Assembly (NCBI GenBank): GCA_937923265.1
Contig: CALAJY010000050.1
Coordinates: 4,938 to 68,937, forward strand
Length of the DNA stretch: 64,000 bases
DNA from: an uncultured Tissierellia bacterium
GTDB lineage: Bacteria; Bacillota; Clostridia; Tissierellales; Peptoniphilaceae
Direction: 5' to 3'
Shown here: positions 57,639-64,000 of the stretch, piece by piece
Layout of the letters: each line of letters opens with the position of its first letter
Numbering within the stretch: the first letter of the stretch is position 1
Notes under the pieces: generated by a model
What the model saw: only the letters and a program-made list of their open reading frames with translations
Database searches by the model: none
What the model was told of the DNA's origin: nothing
Position numbers and translations under genes: made by a program

Positions 57639-59102
57639 ATGAAAGGATTTTTACAGCGTCTTGGCCGGTCGATCATGTTGCCGGTCTCCATTTTACCTGC
57701 CGCTTCCCTGCTCATGGGAATCGGAAACTGGCTCGCTGCTGCGGGAGCGAACCCCGTGGCGAGCTTTTTGATTGCAGCAGGAGGGGCGGTGATCAACAAC
57801 CTGCCGATTCTGTTTGCAGTGGGAATTGCAACCGGCTTAGCCAAAAACCAGAATGGGGCAGCGGCACTGTCCGGCCTGGTGGGCTATTTAGTGATCACGA
57901 AACTTCTGGCACCCGCTTCGGTTGCCGCCCTCACGGGGCTGGAGGAAGCCGCCGTGAACCCGGCCTTTTCGAAAATCGAAAATGCCTTTATCGGGATTTT
58001 ATCCGGTGTGATTGCAGCAAGCTTATACAATCGCTTCTATCAACAGAAACTGCCGACCGCCTTGGCATTCTTCAGCGGTCGTCGTTTCGTTCCCATCATC
58101 ACCGCTGCGGTAATGGTGGTGGTTTCCGCCGTCCTTTTTGTGGTTTGGCCCCTGGTCTACAATGCCCTGGTGGCTTTCGGAGAATCCATGATCGGCCTGG
58201 GCCCCGTCGGCGCGGGAATCTTTGGTTTCTTCAACCGACTTCTGATTCCCACAGGCCTGCACCATGCCCTGAATTCCGTGTTCTGGTTTGATGTGGCGGG
58301 AATCAATGACATCGGAAAGTTCTGGGGCACCTCCCCGGAATTGGCGAAGGCCGCGGTAAAAGGGGTAACGGGAATGTACCAGGCCGGATTCTTCCCCATT
58401 ATGATGTTTGGCCTTCCCGCAGCCGCCTTTGCCATCTATAAAAATGCACGGCCGGAACATAAGAAGGCAATCGCCTCCCTGATGATCGCCGCAGCCTTCT
58501 CCGCCTTTTTCACAGGAATCACCGAGCCCTTGGAGTTTGCCTTTATGTTTGCGGCACCGGCCCTTTATGTGGTTCATGCCGCTCTCACGGGACTATCCTT
58601 ATTGCTTGCCTCCCTGTTCCATTGGATGTCGGGATTCTCCTTCTCCGCGGGCCTCGTGGATTATGTCCTGGCCTATCGGATGCCCATGGCGAACCAACCG
58701 CTGATGTTGCTCCTCCTCGGAGCGGGCATGGCGGTCCTCTACTACTTCCTCTTTGATTTCATGATCCGGCGCTTTGATATCCAGACGCCGGGCCGGGGAG
58801 AGACATTGGCGGGAGAGAATGCAGGGGAAGTGGCAGAGAGTTCCCGGGAAGTGACGAAGAATTCCAAGGACCGGTCCAAGGCACAGATCATTTTTGAGGG
58901 CCTGGGGGGTCATGAGAACGTGGAAAACATTGATTACTGCTCCACCCGTCTCCGCCTCCAGGTGAAGGATGCCGGAAAGATTGACGAGGCGAAGATTCGT
59001 TCGGCGGGTGTTCCCGGCATTCAAAAGATCAATGATAAAAATGTCCAGGTCATCGTGGGCACCGATGTGCAGTTTGTCGCCGATGAGATGCATAAACTGT
59101 AG
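57639..59102 (+). CDS. PTS glucose/N-acetylglucosamine-family EIICB component (no EIIA domain)
   Basis: EIIC N-terminus LQRLGRSIMLPVSILPAASLLMGIG, GITEPLEFAFMF motif, C-terminal EIIB with phosphorylatable Cys in NIDYCSTRLRLQVKD. Confidence 0.88.
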   Translation: MKGFLQRLGRSIMLPVSILPAASLLMGIGNWLAAAGANPVASFLIAAGGAVINNLPILFAVGIATGLAKNQNGAAALSGLVGYLVITKLLAPASVAALTGLEEAAVNPAFSKIENAFIGILSGVIAASLYNRFYQQKLPTALAFFSGRRFVPIITAAVMVVVSAVLFVVWPLVYNALVAFGESMIGLGPVGAGIFGFFNRLLIPTGLHHALNSVFWFDVAGINDIGKFWGTSPELAKAAVKGVTGMYQAGFFPIMMFGLPAAAFAIYKNARPEHKKAIASLMIAAAFSAFFTGITEPLEFAFMFAAPALYVVHAALTGLSLLLASLFHWMSGFSFSAGLVDYVLAYRMPMANQPLMLLLLGAGMAVLYYFLFDFMIRRFDIQTPGRGETLAGENAGEVAESSREVTKNSKDRSKAQIIFEGLGGHENVENIDYCSTRLRLQVKDAGKIDEAKIRSAGVPGIQKINDKNVQVIVGTDVQFVADEMHKL

Positions 59103-59181
59103 GCGGTTTCCTTTGCCGGGAGGTTCTTTTTCTTGGGCGGATTCATGCTACAATAGTCCTGAGTGAATAAAGGAGGGAAAC

Positions 59182-59616
59182 ATGCTATATGGTTTCATCG
59201 TAGGCCACGGCTCCTTCCCGAGTGGTTTGAAATCAGCCTTGGAGCTCATTACCGGCCCGAATCCGAATCTTATGAGCATGGATACCGAAGGCGACGAAAA
59301 CCTGCGGGAATACCGTCGCCGAATTCAGGGGAAGTTGGAGCACATCGATCCGGATAAGCTGATCCTCTTTACGGATTTACTGGGAGGTTCTCCTTACCAG
59401 AATGCCTTGGTCGCATTGGAGGAGATGGGGCTTACGGATGTTCCCGTGTTCAGCGGAGCGAACTTACCGATGATGGTTGCTTTTTGGGAAGAAAATGTTC
59501 GGGATTCCCAGAGAAAGGAAGCGGTATTCGCCATCGACCGTGCCGGACAGACCAGCATGAGTCGAACAACGCTGGCGGAACTTTCCGAGCTTTGGCTGAA
59601 AGAAACTGAGGAATAA
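59182..59616 (+). CDS. PTS EIIA component of the mannose/fructose/sorbose family, stand-alone
   Basis: 144 aa. N-terminal GFIVGHGSF aligns with the phospho-His region of E. coli EIIA-Man. LFTDLLGGSP and GANLPMMV motifs are present. Confidence 0.8.
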   Translation: MLYGFIVGHGSFPSGLKSALELITGPNPNLMSMDTEGDENLREYRRRIQGKLEHIDPDKLILFTDLLGGSPYQNALVALEEMGLTDVPVFSGANLPMMVAFWEENVRDSQRKEAVFAIDRAGQTSMSRTTLAELSELWLKETEE

Positions 59617-59649
59617 GAATCGATTGGGTCATAGTACGAGGAGGAAGAT

Positions 59650-60351
59650 ATGAACGTAAAAATTTACGCGGATGGGGCAGACATCCAGTCCATGGTGGAA
59701 GACTATAAGGCAGGCAGAGCCGTCGGCTTTACAACGAACCCCTCCCTGATGAAGAAGGCGGGAGTAACGGATTACGTGAAATTTGTGGAAGACGTGGTCA
59801 AGGCGATTCCCGACCAGTCCCTCTCCTTTGAGGTCTTTGCGGATGACTTTGCGACCATGGAGAAAGAAGCCCGCAAAATTGCGCAATTTGGCGAGAACGT
59901 CTTTGTCAAGATCCCCATTATGAACACCAAGCAGGAATCGTCTGCTCCCTTGATCAAGAAGCTTTCTGCGGAGGGCATCAACATCAATGTGACAGCGATT
60001 TTCACGCTGGACCAGGTGAAAGAGGCCTTGGATGCGGCCAGTGAAAAGGCCCACACCATCATCTCCATTTTTGCGGGGCGTGTTGCGGACATGGGCATCG
60101 ATCCCCTTCCCTTGATGAAGGAAGCGGAGAAGATCTGTCATTCCAAGAAGAATGTGGAACTGCTCTGGGCCAGCACACGGGAAGCGCTGAACATCGTGCA
60201 GGCCGATGAAGTGGGTTGCGACATCATCACGGTTCCTTCCGGCATCATCGCGAAGATGAAGAATTTCGGAAAGCAGCCAATTCAGGGCTCTCTGGATACG
60301 GTTGTGACCTTTAACAAGGATATCACAGATCTTGGCTTAAGCATCTTATAA
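59650..60351 (+). CDS. Transaldolase-family protein, Staphylococcus-type (~235 aa subfamily)
   Basis: IYADGADI, GFTTNPSLMKKAGVTDY, Schiff-base Lys in NVFVKIPI, SIFAGRVADMGIDPLPLMKEA. It closely resembles the short staphylococcal transaldolases as I remember them. Confidence 0.8.
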   Translation: MNVKIYADGADIQSMVEDYKAGRAVGFTTNPSLMKKAGVTDYVKFVEDVVKAIPDQSLSFEVFADDFATMEKEARKIAQFGENVFVKIPIMNTKQESSAPLIKKLSAEGININVTAIFTLDQVKEALDAASEKAHTIISIFAGRVADMGIDPLPLMKEAEKICHSKKNVELLWASTREALNIVQADEVGCDIITVPSGIIAKMKNFGKQPIQGSLDTVVTFNKDITDLGLSIL

Positions 60352-60361
60352 GGAGGGACGC

Positions 60362-60814
60362 ATGAAAATTGCAATTGGCGCGGATCATGGCGGCTTTCTT
60401 CTGAAGCCGGGGATCATCGAGCACCTAAAGGAACGAAAGCTGGAGGTCTTGGATGAAGGAACGGATTCTGAGGAGCGCTGTGATTATCCCGATTTCGCGT
60501 TTAAAGTCTGCGAGGATGTGACCGGTGGCAAGGCCGACCTGGGAATCCTCATCTGTGGCACGGGGGTTGGCATGTCCATTGCGGCAAACAAGGTTAAGGG
60601 CATCCGCTGCGTTTGCTGCAGCGAACCCTTTTCCGCCCGCTTGTCGCGGATGCACAACAATGCCAATGTCTTAGCCTTTGGTGCCCGGGTCATCGGACCC
60701 GAGCTTGCCAAAATGATTGTCGATGAATTCCTGGATGCGGAGTTTCAGGGAGGACGGCATGAAGGCAGAGTCGGAAAAATCCTCTCCTATGAAGAGGACC
60801 ACGAAAAAGAATAA
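60362..60814 (+). CDS. rpiB: Ribose-5-phosphate isomerase B (RpiB/LacAB family)
   Basis: MKIAIGADHGG, ICGTGVGMSIAANK, NNANVLAFGARV. 150 aa. Confidence 0.9.
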   Translation: MKIAIGADHGGFLLKPGIIEHLKERKLEVLDEGTDSEERCDYPDFAFKVCEDVTGGKADLGILICGTGVGMSIAANKVKGIRCVCCSEPFSARLSRMHNNANVLAFGARVIGPELAKMIVDEFLDAEFQGGRHEGRVGKILSYEEDHEKE

Positions 60815-60833
60815 AAAAGAGACAGGGAATTCC

Positions 60834-60866
60834 AGCAGCGAGGCCGATCGGCTTCGCTGCTTTTTA
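60834..60866 (+). terminator. Intrinsic terminator after rpiB
   Basis: 12-bp stem agcagcgaggcc/ggcttcgctgct with one G-U pair and loop gatc, then T5. Confidence 0.8.
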
Positions 60867-60961
60867 TTTCACATGGTTTTTACTTGGATTCTGTTTTTTC
60901 TTAATGCGGCTTTGATATGTTTTTTGTATATCTATGAAATCACAGAGAAAAGGAGAAATTG

Positions 60962-63900
60962 ATGAAACAGAAGTGCAAAGAACGTTCCTACCTTCGGTTC
61001 CTGGCAATGCTGCTTGCCTTCGCCATGATCCTGTCCCCCGTCGGGGACCTGGGCCATAGTTTTGCGAAAGAACAAGCCGTATCTTCCCGGAACGAACAGG
61101 TTCTTACCGTGGAAGAGACAAGAAAGGCAGAACATCAAAAGAATCAACCCATTACCGTCAAAGGCTTTATTGTTGGCTATATGCGCAGCAAGAAGTCGGT
61201 ATCGAAAGATCCAAAAGATTGGAAGGATACCAACATTGTGCTCGCTGACCGGTCCGACGAAACCGATCTGACCAAGATGATCCCGGTCCAGCTGAAGAAG
61301 GGGGAGCAGCGTGATCGCATCGGTCTCCTCACGAATCCCCAAAACCTGGGAAAGTCCATCCGGGTTACGGGCTCGGGAGCGGCATACTTTACCCTTCCCG
61401 GAATGAAAGACTTACAGTCTTTTGCGCTTCTCTCCTCGGAAGAAGAGGAGCAAGCCCGGGAGGAGACCCATCATCTTTTGCTGCTGCTCAATCGCGCAGA
61501 AGAAGGGGTGAGGGCGGACAAGCGCAAGACACTGGAGAAATTTCGCTACCTGAATGATCAGGAGGGGAGCTACACACTCACCAACCTAAAAACGGGGAAG
61601 GTTTACCGCCATAATCCCCGGCATACAAGCAGGGACACCCTCTCCTTTGAACTTCCCTATGGTTCCTATCGGCTGGACCTACAGCTTCCGGAAGGCTATT
61701 CCCTTTCCGCGGCGGAAGAGCTGGCAAGTAAGAATAACCGCTTCCGGGTCACAGGCCCCAAATCCGCAACTTTTGTGTTTAATGACAAGACGAGTGGATC
61801 TTACTTTAAGACGATTCGCCTCCTCTTTTGGGAAGATCCGCAAGCCATCAAGAAGATCACGGTTCACTTTGATGCCAATGGGGGAAAATTTCCGACTCTT
61901 TCCACGAAGCAGCTGGCAAAAGAGTTTGAGATGGGTCAGGAAGCGAGCAAAAAAGACTTGCCGGAGGATCCAGAGCGCTTTGGCTATCGCTTCCTGGGTT
62001 GGACCTGTGAGGGCGAATATGCAAACCTCATGCTGATTCCGCAGCTGAAGAAGGATGCCAACTGGAAGGCAATCTGGAAGTCCACCCGTAAGACGGTAAC
62101 TTACGATATCGGCGGAATCAAGCGAACTGAGCAGGTGCAGGAGGGGGAGAAGCCCGACCGGATTCCGGGACCCCATGTGATCACGGAAAATCAGTGGCGG
62201 ACCATTACCTCCTGGACCCTGCAGGGTAAAGAGATGGATCCCTCCAAGGTTCGTGTGGGAGAGGATCTCACCTTTGTCGCTCGTTTTGTCAATAAAGATG
62301 AGCTTCGAAAGATTCAACAGGCCTATTTTCGTTCGGACATGTTTCACTTTGACGGTCTCGTGAATCCCGAAATCTATCAGGGCTTTGCGGTCAAGTTAAA
62401 CGAAATGGAGCATTCCCTAACCGCCGGCCAAGAGGATGTGGATCAGTTGGTCCGAGAGTTTCATGAGCGCCGGAAACAGGAGATCCTCGGTGGCAAAATT
62501 CGAGTTCGTTTGCTCGACGCCAACAACAAACTCATCAAGGCTTCTGCGAAAATCCTGGTGCAAAAAGCGGGAAAGACCATTGATAAAATTGACCTAAAAA
62601 ATGGTGACCTGGAAAGCCCGCACAAGTATCCCAATGGGACCTACACTCTGGTGGAAGAGGAGGGACCCGAGGGCTACAGCCCCGCCGCACCATGTACCGT
62701 GACCGTGAACATTCCCTCCTCGACGAGTTTTATTTCCGCCCCAAAGGCCGATTTTCATCATGAAAAGTTACCCACGAAAGCCGTGGCAACCTTCCGCTAT
62801 GACAAGGCACCCGCAGGGATCACCGCACCCGAGCCCATGGAGATTCGGGACGGCATCGTCACCCTGCCCAAACCCTCCGTGGACAACAAGGACGGCAAGT
62901 CCTTCCTCTTCTGGAAGGAGGAGGGAAAGAGCCTCAGCTACCAGCCGGGCATGCAGGTGAAGGCGGATAAGTCCACCCGCTTCGTGGGATATTGGGGAAA
63001 GAGCTATTGGAAGATTGACCTGGATATCTGCGGAAAGGATGGGAAGCCCCTTTCGGTTGATCCCCAAGAATTACAGATGTCCGCTTCCGTGATTGACCCC
63101 TTGGGGAAAGTCCATGAACCGGATAAGCAGTCGAAAGAAGGATTCTTCTTCTTTAAGAAGGATGGGTTCCTTCCCCGCGGCGATTACCGGGTCATTGTGG
63201 AGGATACCAAGAGCGCCTACCGGGTGGTGGGAGCGACACTCAATGGGAAAGATTTTGATTGGAAGAAGGAGAAGCTGCCAGTTCCTCCCTATGAGACGGC
63301 AATGAATGATACCTCCCTTCAAATACTCAAGCTCATTGTGGAGAAGAAAGCACCGGCCATTCCTGTGGCAACCTTCCGCTATGACAAGGCACCCGCAGGG
63401 ATCACCGCACCCGAGCCCATGGAGATTCGGGACGGCATCGTCACCCTGCCCAAACCCTCCGTGGACAACAAGGACGGCAAGTCCTTCCTCTTCTGGAAGG
63501 AGGAGGGAAAGAGCCTCAGCTACCAGCCGGGCATGCAGGTGAAGGCGGATAAGTCCACCCGCTTCGTGGGATATTGGGGAAAGAGCTATTGGAAGATTGA
63601 CCTGGAGTTCCATGATCATGAAGGAAAGATTTTATATCTCAAGCCGGAAGATCGAAACATCACTGCGACCATTATCGATCCCCAGGGCAGGGTGCATCGG
63701 GCGGATTCCCAAAGTTCAAGAGGCATTCTTTTCTTTAAGAAGGATGGCTACCTACCCAGAGGCGAGTACCGGATTCAGCTGAATGATTCGAAGAGCAGCT
63801 ATCGAGTTCAAAGTGCTGCAGTGAATGGAAAAGATTTTGATTGGAAGACAGAAAAGCTCATCGTGCCTCCCTACGAAACGGCGATGACGGATACCTCCAC

Positions 63901-64000
63901 GCAATTGCTGGAGATCGTTCTGGAGAAAAAGGAAGAGGAGCCGGACCAGCCGGAGGAACCGAATGAACCGGAGCAACCGGAAGAACCGGAGAATCCGGAA
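60962..64000 (+). CDS. Large secreted repeat-containing surface protein, adhesin-like (3' end outside the window)
   Basis: Translated by hand; the frame has no stop from 60962 to the window end, which is why it is missing from the ORF track. SD aaaggaga. Signal peptide MKQKCKERSYLRFLAMLLAFAMILSPVGDLGHSFA. GYRFLGW- and FLFWKEEG-type Listeria-Bacteroides (InlB B)-like repeats. Cna-B/prealbumin-like modules (GTYTLVEEEGPEGY). PE-rich spacer at the end. Confidence 0.8.
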   Translation, partial: MKQKCKERSYLRFLAMLLAFAMILSPVGDLGHSFAKEQAVSSRNEQVLTVEETRKAEHQKNQPITVKGFIVGYMRSKKSVSKDPKDWKDTNIVLADRSDETDLTKMIPVQLKKGEQRDRIGLLTNPQNLGKSIRVTGSGAAYFTLPGMKDLQSFALLSSEEEEQAREETHHLLLLLNRAEEGVRADKRKTLEKFRYLNDQEGSYTLTNLKTGKVYRHNPRHTSRDTLSFELPYGSYRLDLQLPEGYSLSAAEELASKNNRFRVTGPKSATFVFNDKTSGSYFKTIRLLFWEDPQAIKKITVHFDANGGKFPTLSTKQLAKEFEMGQEASKKDLPEDPERFGYRFLGWTCEGEYANLMLIPQLKKDANWKAIWKSTRKTVTYDIGGIKRTEQVQEGEKPDRIPGPHVITENQWRTITSWTLQGKEMDPSKVRVGEDLTFVARFVNKDELRKIQQAYFRSDMFHFDGLVNPEIYQGFAVKLNEMEHSLTAGQEDVDQLVREFHERRKQEILGGKIRVRLLDANNKLIKASAKILVQKAGKTIDKIDLKNGDLESPHKYPNGTYTLVEEEGPEGYSPAAPCTVTVNIPSSTSFISAPKADFHHEKLPTKAVATFRYDKAPAGITAPEPMEIRDGIVTLPKPSVDNKDGKSFLFWKEEGKSLSYQPGMQVKADKSTRFVGYWGKSYWKIDLDICGKDGKPLSVDPQELQMSASVIDPLGKVHEPDKQSKEGFFFFKKDGFLPRGDYRVIVEDTKSAYRVVGATLNGKDFDWKKEKLPVPPYETAMNDTSLQILKLIVEKKAPAIPVATFRYDKAPAGITAPEPMEIRDGIVTLPKPSVDNKDGKSFLFWKEEGKSLSYQPGMQVKADKSTRFVGYWGKSYWKIDLEFHDHEGKILYLKPEDRNITATIIDPQGRVHRADSQSSRGILFFKKDGYLPRGEYRIQLNDSKSSYRVQSAAVNGKDFDWKTEKLIVPPYETAMTDTSTQLLEIVLEKKEEEPDQPEEPNEPEQPEEPENPE
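62783..63024 (+). repeat. 242-bp perfect direct repeat, copy 1 (inside the surface-protein gene)
   Basis: Base-for-base identical to 63365-63606 by manual comparison. The offset is 582 bp (194 codons, in frame). Confidence 0.9.
63365..63606 (+). repeat. 242-bp perfect direct repeat, copy 2
   Basis: Identical to 62783-63024. Confidence 0.9.

Noticed and set aside
57164-57844. Three ORF-track entries (57164-57346 minus, 57345-57563 plus, 57386-57844 minus) around 57.2-57.8 kb.
   Set aside because: The region is RNase P RNA, with conserved P4 and other universal motifs, plus its terminator and the PTS leader. The ORFs have no SD and give implausible products.
59650-60351. The idea that the transaldolase-family gene is a fructose-6-phosphate aldolase (FSA) feeding dihydroxyacetone to a DhaM-like EIIA-Man.
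   Set aside because: The sequence matches the short Staphylococcus-type transaldolase subfamily along its whole length as far as I can recall it. The gene is paired with rpiB, so a plain pentose-phosphate role is more parsimonious. FSA versus transaldolase cannot be decided without an active-site alignment.
62783-63606. Regularly spaced identical repeats, considered as a possible CRISPR array or IS ends.
   Set aside because: There are only two copies, each 242 bp long and 582 bp apart. They are in frame within a continuous coding sequence, and no cas or transposase genes are nearby.

Overview
This 64-kb window is a chromosomal segment of a Firmicutes-type anaerobe (Clostridia/Tissierellia-like), roughly 50% GC by eye, and almost entirely housekeeping. 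Most genes are on the + strand, tightly packed, and often translationally coupled through ATGA or TAATG overlaps.

The gene order follows the conserved Bacillus yqe-yqf backbone: holA, rpsT, lepA, hemW, hrcA-grpE-dnaK-dnaJ, prmA, mtaB, rpsU, nfeD-floA, phoH, ybeY/era, recO, glyQS, PDRP, dnaG-rpoD, trmK, nif3. Metabolic modules are interleaved with it:
- metI, then a TPP riboswitch controlling a thiXYZ-like ABC importer
- nifS-thiI
- an oxidative-stress cluster: TrxB-like protein, tpx, DJ-1, gpx
- pyruvate:ferredoxin oxidoreductase
- L-serine dehydratase with an SstT-like transporter
- a folate-dependent histidine-utilisation cluster: hutH, split ftcD, hutI, hutU
- a Glc-family PTS EIICB with an orphan Man-family EIIA, a Staphylococcus-type transaldolase and rpiB

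RNA genes are tRNA-Trp(CCA), tRNA-Ile(GAT) and a type-A RNase P RNA. The window ends inside a large, repeat-containing secreted surface protein.

I saw no transposase, integrase, CRISPR array, phage genes or recognisable defence or toxin-antitoxin system. The most unusual points are:
- a single ORF fusing YbeY to Era, with an A9 run at the junction
- a primary sigma factor carrying a ~285-aa insertion between regions 1.2 and 2.1
- a GC-rich structured non-coding element next to an AT-rich islet of small membrane ORFs, upstream of the tRNA pair
- a perfect 242-bp duplication inside otherwise diverged 582-bp repeats of the surface protein

All calls come from reading the translations and sequence by eye. 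No database searches were run.
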